A stretch of DNA of 64,000 bases from an uncultured Gemmatimonadales bacterium (GTDB lineage: Bacteria > Gemmatimonadota > Gemmatimonadetes > Longimicrobiales > Longimicrobiaceae). Shown one piece after another: positions 9,705 through 19,518 of this stretch. The notes beneath the pieces were generated by a model. That model made no database searches, had not been told where the DNA came from, and saw only the letters and a list, made by a program, of their open reading frames with translations. A program made the translations under genes and the position numbers. Position 1 is the first letter of the stretch. Each line of letters begins with the position of its first letter. The stretch is from assembly GCA_963716255.1 (NCBI GenBank), contig OY970303.1, forward strand, positions 4,352,001 through 4,416,000, in the 5' to 3' direction.

Positions 9705-11063
9705 TCACCGCGTTCGGTACAGACGGTACGGCCGCGTCTGCTGGATCCACCGCTGCATCTCCTCGTCCCAGCGCCGCTGGATCACGCGCGGGTCCTCGCC
9801 GCGGTCGAACGCCTCGCGCGCCCAGGTGGAGCCGATCATCTGCGTGAAGCCCGTGTTCTGGATCCGGAACCGCTGCGGCGCCTGCTTCTTCGCCTCGCTC
9901 AGCAGCACCAGCGTGGTGTACACCGGGCGGAAGGCGGCGCGGTCCGTGACCTCCAGCCGCAGCGTGGTGAACGCCGTATCGCGGTACTGCGTGAACACCG
10001 CCGGGTCGCGCGTGGGGCGGATCTGCTGGGGGACGAAGCGCACGCCGGGCAGGTCGTACTTCGCGATCGCCTGCAGCAGCCTCGCCGCGTCCAGCCAGGG
10101 CGCGCCGAAGGTGGTGAACGGCTCGTCCGTGCCGCGCCCCGTGTGCACGTTGGTGGCCCCGTCGGCGAGCACCAGCCCGGAGTACAGGAGCTCCGCCGCC
10201 ACCGAGCGGATGTTGGGGCTGGGGCGCACGAAGGGCAGCCCCGTGCGGTCGAAGAACACGTCCGGCCGCCACCCCTCCGCCGGCACCACGTGCAGGTCCG
10301 CGCCCACCTTCGCGTCGGCGTTGTAGTAGCGCGCGATCTCGCCCGAGGTCATCCCGTGGCGCAGCGGCACCGTGTAGTAGCCGGTGATCACCTGCGTCAC
10401 GTTCCGCACGTCCAGGTGCATCACCGGCCCGTCCGCCGCGTCGGTGATGGGGTTGGGGCGGTCCAGCACCACGAAGGGGATCCGCCGCTTCGCCGCCTCC
10501 TCCATCGCCATCGCCATGGTCCACACGAAGGTGTACGGCCGCGCCCCGATGTCCTGGATGTCGTACACCAGCACGTCCACGTTCGCCAGCTCCTCCGCGG
10601 TGGGGCGCTGGGTGCGGTCGTACAGCGAGAACACCGGCACCCCCGTGCGGGAGTCGCGGCCGGCGGTCACGGTCTCGCCCGCCTCCAGCTCGCCGCGGAT
10701 CCCGTGCTCCGGCCCGAAGAGCGCCACCAGCCGCACCCCGGGGGTGCGCGCCAGCAGGTCGGCCGCCAGCTCGCCGGAGCGGGTGACGGCGCTCTGGTTG
10801 GTGATCAGCCCCACCCGCTTGCCGCGCACCAGGTGCATGGAGTCGCGCACCAGCACCTCCAGCCCCGGCACCACGCCCGCCTGGCGCGGCTCCGCCGCGG
10901 GCGGCGCGACGGCCTGCGCGCTGCCGGCCTGCGCCGCGGGGGTGCTGTCGGCCGGGGTGTCGCTGGGGGGCGCGGCGGTGCCGCAGGCGGGGGCGCCGGC
11001 AAGCAGCAGGGCGCCCGCGAGCAGGGCGATCCGGGGGAGCGGGGTCGGTTGGCGGTGCGTCAT
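9705..11063 (-). CDS. namZ: Exo-beta-N-acetylmuramidase NamZ (DUF1343) family lipoprotein
   Basis: RVGLITNQS, LFGPEHGIRG, YDIQDIGAR, VLDRPNP, RHGMTSGE, PSPNI, GRGT motifs; signal peptide with Cys. Confidence 0.85.
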   Translation of the reverse strand: MTHRQPTPLPRIALLAGALLLAGAPACGTAAPPSDTPADSTPAAQAGSAQAVAPPAAEPRQAGVVPGLEVLVRDSMHLVRGKRVGLITNQSAVTRSGELAADLLARTPGVRLVALFGPEHGIRGELEAGETVTAGRDSRTGVPVFSLYDRTQRPTAEELANVDVLVYDIQDIGARPYTFVWTMAMAMEEAAKRRIPFVVLDRPNPITDAADGPVMHLDVRNVTQVITGYYTVPLRHGMTSGEIARYYNADAKVGADLHVVPAEGWRPDVFFDRTGLPFVRPSPNIRSVAAELLYSGLVLADGATNVHTGRGTDEPFTTFGAPWLDAARLLQAIAKYDLPGVRFVPQQIRPTRDPAVFTQYRDTAFTTLRLEVTDRAAFRPVYTTLVLLSEAKKQAPQRFRIQNTGFTQMIGSTWAREAFDRGEDPRVIQRRWDEEMQRWIQQTRPYRLYRTR

Positions 11064-11186
11064 CGGCGTCCGTATCTTGGGTGCGTTCCGTCGGGGCGCG
11101 GCCTGCGCGCCCGCGGCGTTCCCGCGAATCCCGGACCAGCCCGCCCGCCGGGCGCCGGGCGCGCCACCCCTGGAGGGAGAGGGAGC

Positions 11187-12437
11187 TTGAGCGAAACGTT
11201 CCGCCTGGCCCGGCAGGAGGAGATCCCCGAGCTGGCGCGCCTGGTGACGCACAGCTTCCCCGCGCCCGGCCGCACCGTGGAGTGGTGGGCCAACGCCCTG
11301 GTGGACGACCCGCGCGGGGCGCTGGAGGCGCTGTGGGTGGGCGAGTCCGGCGGGCGTCTGGCCGCCGCCTGCCAGATCCTGCGCTTCCGGCAGTGGATCG
11401 CGGGAACGCCCTTTCCCAGCATGGGTCTGGCCATGGTCTCCATCTCCCCCGTGCACCGCCGCAGGGGAATGGCGGGGCGGATGGTGCGCGAAGCCTTCCG
11501 GCACTCGCTGGAGCGCGGCGACCTGGCCTCCGCCCTGTACCCCTTCCGCGTCACCTTCTACGAGCGGCTGGGCTACGGGCTGGCGGGCGAGGTCTTCCAG
11601 TACCAGCTCCCCCCCGAGTCGCTCCCCGACGACCCCGAGGAGCGCGGGCGCGTCACCCAGGTGGCCGACGACGCCGACCGCGCCGCGCTCCGCTCCGTCT
11701 ACGACCGCTGGATCCGGGTCCAGACCGGGCAGATGGAGCGCGCCGAGCGGAGCTGGAACGCCACCTGGGACAGCCCGCTCCTGGCGCCGGTGGTGTACCG
11801 CGGGCCGGAGGGCGAGCCCGAGGGGTACGCCATCGTCCGCTACCGCCCCGACCTCCCCGTGGCCTCGCGCTTCGCCGAGGTGGAGGAGCGCGCCTGGCTC
11901 ACGGAGCGGGCGCAGCGCGGCATCTACGCCTGGCTCTCCTCGCTGGGCGACCAGCACCGCCAGCTCGTGTACCGCGCGCACCCCGAGGAGGACTTCGGCG
12001 AGCGCGTGCAGGAGCCCCGGCTCCCGCTGGGCGGCGCCCCCAACTGGGGGATCTGGTTCCCCTCCGCCTCGCTCCTGGTGGGGCCCATGTTCCGGCTGCT
12101 GGACGTCCCCGGCGCGCTGGCGCTGCGCTCCGCCCCGGAGGACGCCGCACTCACCGCCACGCTCGTGGTTCGCGACGAGGACCTGCCGGAGAACGACGGC
12201 CCCTGGCGCCTGCGCGTGGAGGGCGGGCGCATGCACGCCGAGCGCGCCCCCGGGGGCGCGGCGACCGGCCCCGTGCTCACGCTGCCGGTGCGAACGCTGT
12301 CGCGCATCTTCGTGGGCGCGGTGGCCCCGTCGCAGGCCGTCGCCACCGGGCACGCGGCGGTGGACGACGCGTCGGCACTCGAAATGCTTGACCGTGCCTT
12401 CCGGGTGCCGCGGCCCTGGACCTTCGAGCGGTTCTGA
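11187..12437 (+). CDS. Eis-like GNAT acetyltransferase with C-terminal SCP2-like domain
   Basis: VSISPVHRRRGMAGRM, SALYPF, FYERLGY, PENDGPWRL; TTG start after GGGAG. Confidence 0.88.
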   Translation: MSETFRLARQEEIPELARLVTHSFPAPGRTVEWWANALVDDPRGALEALWVGESGGRLAAACQILRFRQWIAGTPFPSMGLAMVSISPVHRRRGMAGRMVREAFRHSLERGDLASALYPFRVTFYERLGYGLAGEVFQYQLPPESLPDDPEERGRVTQVADDADRAALRSVYDRWIRVQTGQMERAERSWNATWDSPLLAPVVYRGPEGEPEGYAIVRYRPDLPVASRFAEVEERAWLTERAQRGIYAWLSSLGDQHRQLVYRAHPEEDFGERVQEPRLPLGGAPNWGIWFPSASLLVGPMFRLLDVPGALALRSAPEDAALTATLVVRDEDLPENDGPWRLRVEGGRMHAERAPGGAATGPVLTLPVRTLSRIFVGAVAPSQAVATGHAAVDDASALEMLDRAFRVPRPWTFERF

Positions 12438-12480
12438 GCCGGCCCCGTCCACCACCAGCCACCGGGCGACCGGAACCTCG

Positions 12481-14169
12481 ATGACCCAAACGCACAGCAG
12501 GCTCCCGCTCTCCCGCGTCGCCGCGCCCGCGGCGGCGCTCCTGCTCCTGGGACTCGCCGCGTGCGGCGGCGGGGGAGGCGACGCCGGCTCCACCGGCGAC
12601 GCCGCCGCGTCCGACGTCAGGACCTTCGCCGGGGGGGCGCCCGGCGGCATGCTGATCGTCCTGTCCGACGGCGAGCCGGACGACCTCAACCCGCTCACCT
12701 TCGACAGCAACCCGTCCTACCAGATCGTCCACCTCGTCTTCCGCGCCCTGGCGCGGCGCGACAGCACGCTGAGCAGCTACGTCCCCGACCTGCTGGAGCG
12801 CTGGGAGCGGCCGGACAGCGCCACCGTGCTCCTGCACGTGCGCCCCGGACTCAAGTGGCACGACGGGCAGCCGGTCACCGCCGGGGACGTGGTCTTCACC
12901 ATCGAGCGGCAGAAGGACCCGAAGACCGCCTCGCCGCGGCAGCAGGACGTGATCGCCGTGCAGTCCGCCCGCGCCGTGGACTCCGTCACGGTGGAGGTCA
13001 AGCTCAACCGCACCGGCCCCTCCACGCTCAACGCGCTGCTGGAGGTGATCCCCGTCCCCAGGCACCTGCTGGACAGCATCCCCGCCGAGCGCATGCGCTT
13101 CGCCGGCTTCGGGCAGCGCCCCGTGGGGAACGGTCTGTTCCGCTTCGGCGCCTGGCAGAAGGGGCAGCAGGTGATGGTGCAGGCCAACCCCGACGCCCCC
13201 GAGGGACGCCCGGCGCTGGAGCGCGTCATCATGCGCCTGGTCCCCGACCCCACCGCGCGCACCACCGAGCTGCTCAACGGCAACGGCGACATGGCCAAGG
13301 TGGCCGCGCACCAGCGCCGCGAGGTGGAGGGCGCCCGGGGCGTCAGGCTGTACACCGCCGCGCAGGTGCGGCCCGCTTGGATCGCCTGGAACGTCAACAA
13401 GTTCCCGGTGGACGACCCCGCCGTGCGCCGCGCAATCCTCATGGGCATCGACCGCCCGGGGATCGTGCGCGGGCTCTTCGGCGAGCAGGGGCAGGCCGCG
13501 CTCACCCCCATCCCGCCCAAGCTGCGCGAGCACGGCGCCGGCGTGCGGCCCGTCCCCTACGATCCCGCCGGGGCCAGGCAGCTGCTGGCGCAGGCCGGCT
13601 GGACCGACGCCAACCGCGACGGCATCCTGGAAAAGAACGGGCGCCCGCTGCACGTGGACGTGGAGTACAGCGCCAGCGACCCCATCCGCGGCGACGTGCT
13701 GGTGGCCATGCAGGCGCAGCTCCGCCGCATCGGGGTGGACATGGCGCCGCGCTCGTACGAGCGCACCACCTGGGTGGAGCGGCTGCGCGGCCGCGAGTTC
13801 ACCGGCTCGTTCTGGGGGTGGGGGTGGGGTCCCGGCGTGATGGGCCCCAACGCCGAGCAGCTGTTCCATTCGCGCTCCATTCCGCCCAACGGGCCCAACT
13901 TCGCCGGCTACCGCAGCCCGCGGGTGGACGCGCTGATCGACTCCATCCTCGTGCAGAACGACACCGTCCGCGCGCGGGGGCTCTGGGCGCGGCTGGAGCA
14001 GCAGGTGACCGACGACGCCGTGTACGCGCCCATCTTCCTGGACCCGGAGTTCTACGCGGTCAACGACCGGTTCGCGAACGTCAAGTTCCGGGGGCCCGAG
14101 TGGTGGGAAGACGTGATCTTCTGGAACGTCCCGGCGGACAAGCGGCTGCCGCGCGACCGCACCCGCTGA
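12481..14169 (+). CDS. Peptide/nickel ABC transporter substrate-binding lipoprotein (family 5)
   Basis: Lipobox LAAC; LRPG-like WHDGQPVTAGDVVFT, PVGNGLF, YDPAGARQLLAQAGW. Confidence 0.9.
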   Translation: MTQTHSRLPLSRVAAPAAALLLLGLAACGGGGGDAGSTGDAAASDVRTFAGGAPGGMLIVLSDGEPDDLNPLTFDSNPSYQIVHLVFRALARRDSTLSSYVPDLLERWERPDSATVLLHVRPGLKWHDGQPVTAGDVVFTIERQKDPKTASPRQQDVIAVQSARAVDSVTVEVKLNRTGPSTLNALLEVIPVPRHLLDSIPAERMRFAGFGQRPVGNGLFRFGAWQKGQQVMVQANPDAPEGRPALERVIMRLVPDPTARTTELLNGNGDMAKVAAHQRREVEGARGVRLYTAAQVRPAWIAWNVNKFPVDDPAVRRAILMGIDRPGIVRGLFGEQGQAALTPIPPKLREHGAGVRPVPYDPAGARQLLAQAGWTDANRDGILEKNGRPLHVDVEYSASDPIRGDVLVAMQAQLRRIGVDMAPRSYERTTWVERLRGREFTGSFWGWGWGPGVMGPNAEQLFHSRSIPPNGPNFAGYRSPRVDALIDSILVQNDTVRARGLWARLEQQVTDDAVYAPIFLDPEFYAVNDRFANVKFRGPEWWEDVIFWNVPADKRLPRDRTR

Positions 14170-14192
14170 GGTTTTTCTGATGATGTAGTGGT

Positions 14193-14323
14193 GGGCCGCT
14201 ACGGAGCCCGGCCAAACTGCCGGCCGGTCTCCTGCGCGGGCTCCGGGAACCCCGCCAAACAGCCGGCGGGTTTCCCTCCGCCGGGGTGAGCCTCGCCAAA
14301 CCGCCGGCGAGTCTCCCCCCGAA
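14193..14323 (+). repeat. Repeat family B copy 2
   Basis: gggccgctacggagcc...gtctcctgcgcggg...gtctccccccg. Confidence 0.9.
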
Positions 14324-14402
14324 CATCTCCTGGGGGATACGACGGAACTGCTGACGGCAAACGGCGGAACGGCGCGTAGGCTGCCGTTCCGCCGTTTGCC
14401 GT

Positions 14403-14543
14403 TCTCCCCTCCCTCGCTTGCGGGGGAGGGGTCGGGGGTGGGGGGTGCCCCGCGGTGACACGCCGCCGCCGGCCTCCGCCTCGGAGATTCCCCTCTCCCG
14501 GAACGGGGGAGGGTGGCGAGCCTCAAGCGAGCCGGGTGGGGGC
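14403..14543. repeat. Repeat family C units (two)
   Basis: tctcccctccctcgcttgcgggggaggggtcgggggtgggg (identical at 26779) and inverted gggtggcgagcctcaagcgagccgggtggggg. Confidence 0.8.
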
Positions 14544-14545
14544 CG

Positions 14546-17473
14546 TTACCCCCTCCGCCGTCCCGGCCTCCGCGTGGGGCGCGGGCGCTGCTTCTGCCTC
14601 CGGATGCGCTCCCGCTCCAGGCGCGCCTTGCGCTCGCGCTCCAGCTTCTGCCTGCGCGCCTCCTCGATCGCCGCGGGGCTCCCCGGGCGCGGGCGGATGG
14701 CGGCGTCGGTGATCGCCAACGCCACGGCGTCGTGCACCTTCACGCGCACGTCCAGCATCGCCGCCTGCGAGGCGTTGTCCCAGGTGCGGTTGGCCAGCAG
14801 CACCACGAACAACTGCTGCGTCGGGTCGATCCAGATCGAGGTGCCCGTGAAGCCCGTGTGGCCGTAGGACTGCGGCGAGAAGTAGCTCCCCGCCGAGCTG
14901 CGCGCCGCGGGGACGTCCCACCCCCAGGCCCGGTTCCCCACCCGCGTCCGCACCGTGGTGAAGCGGCTCACCGTTTCCGGCGAGTACACCCGCTGCGTCC
15001 CGTAGCTCCCGCCGTTCAGCAGCGTCTGCGAGTACACCGCCAGGTCGCGCGCCGTGGCGAAGAGCCCCGCGTGGCCCGCCACCCCGCCCAGGCGGTACGC
15101 GTTGGCGTCGTGCACCACCCCGCGCAGCACGTGGCCCTGGTTGGAGCGCGCCGCCCCCGGCGCCGTGAAGGGGCGCAGCGCCGCCGGCGGCAGGTACATG
15201 GTGGACGACATCCCCAGCGGCGCGTACACCCGCCGCGCCAGGTACGCGTCCACCGGCATCCCCGCCACCTCCTCCACCAGCGCCGCCAGCAGGATGAAGC
15301 CGAAGTCGCTGTACACCATCCGCTCCCCCGGCCGCGTCACCAGCGTCGCGCGCATCGCCTGCCGCAGCGCCGTGGCCGGCGAGCGCGCGTCGCCGTACAG
15401 CCACTCCCCCGCCGGGAGCCCCGAGGTGTGCGTGAGCAGGTGGCGCACGTTCACCTCGTCCTTGTACCTCCCCGTGAAGCCGGGCAGGTAGCGCTGCACC
15501 GGCGCGTCCAGGCGCAGCCTGCCGTCGTCCACCAGCGCCATCACGGCCGCCGTCGTCCCCGCCACCTTGGTCAGCGAGGCGATGTCGTACAGCGTTTCCG
15601 TGGCGCGCACCGCGCCCGCCCCGCCCGGCAGCCGCCCGTACCCGCGCAGCCGCACCAGCGTCCCGCGGCGCCCCACCGCCAGCGCGGCGCCGGGAAAGGT
15701 CCCCGCCTCCACCGCCGCGCGGATCACCGCGTCCGCCCGCTCCAGCCCCGCCTCGCTCATCCCCGCCTCCGCGGGGTCGCCCTCGCGCAGCATCGGCGCG
15801 GCGGGCCAGCGGGCCGGCGGCGCGTCGCCCCCGTCGGCCAGCACGTCCGGCGACAGCGCCTCCGCCGCCGCGCGCTGCGCCTCCGGCCCCGCGCCCCACG
15901 CCAGCACCACCGAGCGCGCCGGCGGGAGCGAATCGGGCGCGGCGGCGGCCAGGCGCACCAGCACCGTCGGCGGGTCCGGGCGCGCCGCGCGCGGTTTCGC
16001 GCTGTCGGGCCGCGCGGCCGTGCCCGCGCTGTCCGCCCGCGCGAGCAGCCCGCGCGCCGCGTCCAGCAGCGCGGCGCCCGATCCCGGCGCCGTCTCCACC
16101 ACCAGCCAGCAGTCCGCCCGGCGGAGCGCCCGGCCGAAGCCGGCAGGGGCGCCCTCGCCCGCCGGGAAGTACAGCGCGCGCATGGCGGGGAAGCGGCGCG
16201 CGGCCAGTCCGCGGAAGAGCGGGGCGTCGCCCGGGCGGGCCAGGAGCAGCGGTGTCCGGCAGGGGCGCAGCGTCGCGGCCGGCGCCGCGCCGAGCACCAC
16301 CCGCGCCGCCTCCGCCGCCTCGCGCGCCGCCGCCACCGCGTCCGCGGTGCGCAGCAGGGGGAGCAGGCTGTCCGGGTGCACCGCGGGGCGCGCCTCCCCG
16401 CGCAGCCGCTCCTTGGCCGCCAGGATCCTCCGCACCGCCTCGTCCACGCGCGCCGCCGGGATGCGCCCCGCGTTCACCGCCGCCACCAGAGTGTCGATCG
16501 TCGCCCCGGCGTCCGATACTCCCAGGAGCAGGTCCGCGCCCGCCGCCACCGCGAGCACGGCGGCCCGCGCCTCGCCCCGCCCGGCCGCCAGCGCGCTCCC
16601 CGGGCCCACCTCCGCCGCCAGCAGCCCCGCGAACCCCAGGTCGCGGCGCAGCAGCCCCGCCGTCGCCGCGGGCGACGCCGCGAGCGGCACGGAGTCGCCC
16701 GTCAGCGCCGGGAGAGCGAGCACCGGGAGCGTCGCCGCGTCCGCGTCCGCCGCCAGCGCCGCGCGCACCACCGGGAGCTCCACCGCATCCAGGTGAGCCC
16801 GGTCCCAGCGCAGCACGGGAAAGGGGAGCGTGTCCGCCGCGGCGCGCCGCGGCGCGAGGAGGCGGACCGCGGCGAGCGTCCCCTCGCCGCGGAGCCCCTC
16901 CAGGTACGCCGCGACGGCCTTGCCCGCGGCGTCCGGGTCGGGGCGGGGGAGGCCGGCCGGCGCCTCCGCGCCGATCCCCGGGAGCGTCACCAGCGCCAGG
17001 TCCACGCCCAGGGCGCGCGCCTCCGCCCCGGCGATCGCCCCCGCCTCGCGGGCCGCGTCCACCAGCCCGCGCGAGGCGAGCACCGCGGGCGGCGGCAGGT
17101 CGGTGGCCTCCGGCGCAAGGGCGCCCGCTCCGCCGTCCAGCTCCGCCACCGCCAGCAGGGGGACGGGCGCCGCGGCGCGCAGCGCCGCGAGCGCCCCGGC
17201 ACCCGCGCGCGCCGGCCCGCCCCGCAGCAGCACCCCGCCCACGCTGTCCACCTCCACCCGGCGGCGGGCCGCGGCGGCGCCGCCCGCGTCCATCGCGGGT
17301 ACCACCATCTGCGCCACGCGCGCCCGCAGCGTCAGACGTGGGAGCACGCTCTCCGCCCAGCGCTCCTGCGGCTCCTCGCGCCGGCAGCCGCCCAGCGCCA
17401 GCGCGGCGACGAGGAGCGCGCAGGCGAGGCGGCGCGGCGCGGCGACGGCTTTCCGGGCCCGGAGCGGAATCAT
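14546..17473 (-). CDS. Lipoprotein: degenerate GH3 (NagZ-like) N-terminal region fused to beta-lactamase-family serine hydrolase (AmiE-like)
   Basis: C-half has ASLTK (SxxK), YSDFGF, GHAGLF, GHTGFTG; N-half has GH3 remnants (LLRRDLGFAGL, AGADLLL, RVDEAVRRIL). Confidence 0.82.
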   Translation of the reverse strand: MIPLRARKAVAAPRRLACALLVAALALGGCRREEPQERWAESVLPRLTLRARVAQMVVPAMDAGGAAAARRRVEVDSVGGVLLRGGPARAGAGALAALRAAAPVPLLAVAELDGGAGALAPEATDLPPPAVLASRGLVDAAREAGAIAGAEARALGVDLALVTLPGIGAEAPAGLPRPDPDAAGKAVAAYLEGLRGEGTLAAVRLLAPRRAAADTLPFPVLRWDRAHLDAVELPVVRAALAADADAATLPVLALPALTGDSVPLAASPAATAGLLRRDLGFAGLLAAEVGPGSALAAGRGEARAAVLAVAAGADLLLGVSDAGATIDTLVAAVNAGRIPAARVDEAVRRILAAKERLRGEARPAVHPDSLLPLLRTADAVAAAREAAEAARVVLGAAPAATLRPCRTPLLLARPGDAPLFRGLAARRFPAMRALYFPAGEGAPAGFGRALRRADCWLVVETAPGSGAALLDAARGLLARADSAGTAARPDSAKPRAARPDPPTVLVRLAAAAPDSLPPARSVVLAWGAGPEAQRAAAEALSPDVLADGGDAPPARWPAAPMLREGDPAEAGMSEAGLERADAVIRAAVEAGTFPGAALAVGRRGTLVRLRGYGRLPGGAGAVRATETLYDIASLTKVAGTTAAVMALVDDGRLRLDAPVQRYLPGFTGRYKDEVNVRHLLTHTSGLPAGEWLYGDARSPATALRQAMRATLVTRPGERMVYSDFGFILLAALVEEVAGMPVDAYLARRVYAPLGMSSTMYLPPAALRPFTAPGAARSNQGHVLRGVVHDANAYRLGGVAGHAGLFATARDLAVYSQTLLNGGSYGTQRVYSPETVSRFTTVRTRVGNRAWGWDVPAARSSAGSYFSPQSYGHTGFTGTSIWIDPTQQLFVVLLANRTWDNASQAAMLDVRVKVHDAVALAITDAAIRPRPGSPAAIEEARRQKLERERKARLERERIRRQKQRPRPTRRPGRRRG

Positions 17474-17943
17474 TAGGTCGGTGGCGAGCGGCGGTCCGGG
17501 CGCTTCCCGGGAAGGATGTCGGGTCTGTGCGGCGGAAAGCAGGATCCGGGCCGGCATGCTGGGGCAAAGGTGGTACATCGTGGGGCGACGCTGTCTCACA
17601 AAACCCCGCTCCGGCCGCCCCGGGGCACCTCCCGTTTCGCCAGCACCGGTGCGGGAAACCGGTGCATGAGGCTACATGGTCTGTCTTTTGCGCGGGTTGT
17701 GGAAACTTTCCCTCCGGGCCCGTCCGGGCCGCGGATCCCGCGCCCGGGAGCGTTCCCGGGCAAGCCGCGCCTCCCGGAACAGAGGGGAGGCGGCAGGGAG
17801 CCTTTCCCGATACGAGCCCCTATCCACAGCGGATGTACAGTGTTGTTCAAGAGCGGTTTGCGGCCGAGGCTCGCGGTGAGCCGTCGGCCCCGGCGGACGC
17901 CCCATCGCTCGCGTCCTACCTTCCATCCGCCAGAAGCGCGAGC

Positions 17944-19428
17944 ATGAGCCGTTCTTCCACGGTCTACGTCGCCGACGACAACCCGGCGATCCTCCAGGGA
18001 CTCGACCGCGCCCTCAGCGCGAACGGGTATCGGGTGCAGACCGCCCACAGCGGTCCCGTCCTGCTGGAGCTCCTCGCCGCCGCGCCCCAGGCGCCCGACC
18101 TTCTCCTGCTGGACGTGATGATGCCGGAGATGAGCGGGCTGGACGTGCTTCGCACCCTGCGGCGCGACCCCCGCTGGATGGACCTTCCCGTCGTCCTGAT
18201 CACCGCCACCAACGACGCCACCCTCCCCGTTTCCGCGCTGCGCGACGGGGCCGTGGACTTCCTGACCAAGCCGTTCCGCCTGGACGAGCTGCTGGCGCGG
18301 GTGGACTCGCACATCCAGCGGCACCAGGAGCTGCGCCGGGCGCGCGAGCAGGCCCGCATGCGCCTGCAGACCATCGACCTGATCCGCGAGCTCAACCGGG
18401 TGGTGACCGCCGACGAGATGTTCCACCTGGTCACCTCCCGCACCGCCGAGATCCTGGGCGTCAGCCGCTGCTCCATGGTGGTGGTGGAGAAGGGGGAGCG
18501 CGGGGAAACGGTGGCGCGCATAGCCGCCTCCTCCGACGAGGGCGCCGAGGGGCGCATCCGCGACCTGGACCGTTATCCCGAGCTGCGCGCCGCCCTGGAG
18601 CGGGGCGCCGCGGTGTGCGTCCCCGACGTGGGCGCCTCGCCGCTCTTCGCGGAGACCCGCGCGGCCTGGGAGCGCGACGGCGGAATTCCCGAGATCCGCT
18701 CCGTGGTCGCCGTGCCCTTCCCCATCACCGACAGCATGACCGGGGTCTTCCTGGAGCGCTCGCTCGCCGGGGAGCCCGTGCTGGGCGAGGGCGCCGAGGA
18801 GCTGGCGCTGCGGGTGGTGGAGGCGGTGGTGCAGGCGTGCGGCCGGGTGCAGGTGTTCCAGAACCTGATCGAGCAGCGGCGGCGGCTGCACGACCTGGCC
18901 CACACCGACGAGCTCACCGGGTGCGCCACGCGGCGCTCGCTGATGCACTTCCTGCGGGAAGAGATGGAGCTGGCCCAGGCGCGCCAGGAGCCGCTGAGCA
19001 TCCTGGTGATGGACGTGGACCGCTTCAAGGAGATCAACGACACCCACGGCCACCTGGCCGGCGACGTCGTGCTCCGCACCCTGGGCGCCTGGCTCAACGC
19101 CGAGGGCGCGCTCCGCAACAACGACCTGGCCGGCCGCTACGGCGGCGACGAGTTCGTGGTGGTGCTCCCGCAGACCCCCGCCGCCGGCGCGCTGCGCTTC
19201 GCCGAGCGGGCGCGCGGCTACTTCGGCGCGGTCCCCTTCGCCTTCGGCGACACCACGGTGCAGGCCACCCTCAGCGTGGGCGTCGCCACCTGGCCCGAGG
19301 TGGACGCCAAGGGCGCCGACGAGCTGATCTCCTCCGCCGACGCCGCCCTGTACATGGCCAAGCAGGGCGGGCGCGACCGCGTCCACCTGGCGCTCCCGAC
19401 CCCGCGCTCGCAGGCGCAGGCCGTGTAG
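17944..19428 (+). CDS. Response regulator diguanylate cyclase (REC-GAF-GGDEF)
   Basis: ADDN / LLLDVMMP / FLTKPF receiver; DVDRFKEIND..GH..GD, RYGGDEF; RxxD I-site (RNND). Confidence 0.93.
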   Translation: MSRSSTVYVADDNPAILQGLDRALSANGYRVQTAHSGPVLLELLAAAPQAPDLLLLDVMMPEMSGLDVLRTLRRDPRWMDLPVVLITATNDATLPVSALRDGAVDFLTKPFRLDELLARVDSHIQRHQELRRAREQARMRLQTIDLIRELNRVVTADEMFHLVTSRTAEILGVSRCSMVVVEKGERGETVARIAASSDEGAEGRIRDLDRYPELRAALERGAAVCVPDVGASPLFAETRAAWERDGGIPEIRSVVAVPFPITDSMTGVFLERSLAGEPVLGEGAEELALRVVEAVVQACGRVQVFQNLIEQRRRLHDLAHTDELTGCATRRSLMHFLREEMELAQARQEPLSILVMDVDRFKEINDTHGHLAGDVVLRTLGAWLNAEGALRNNDLAGRYGGDEFVVVLPQTPAAGALRFAERARGYFGAVPFAFGDTTVQATLSVGVATWPEVDAKGADELISSADAALYMAKQGGRDRVHLALPTPRSQAQAV

Positions 19429-19518
19429 CGCGGCACGGCCGTACAGGGTCCGGCGGGGACGAGGGAGGCGCGGTTCATGCAACCGCGCCTCCCTCGTACT
19501 TCCACACCCGGAGGAAGC

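Noticed and set aside
17677..17829. Possible sigma-54 element TGGTCTG-TCTT-TTGCG (17677) and DnaA-box-like TGTGGAAA / TATCCACA
   Set aside because: Weak matches, no clear paired enhancer, only two imperfect boxes and no origin-associated genes
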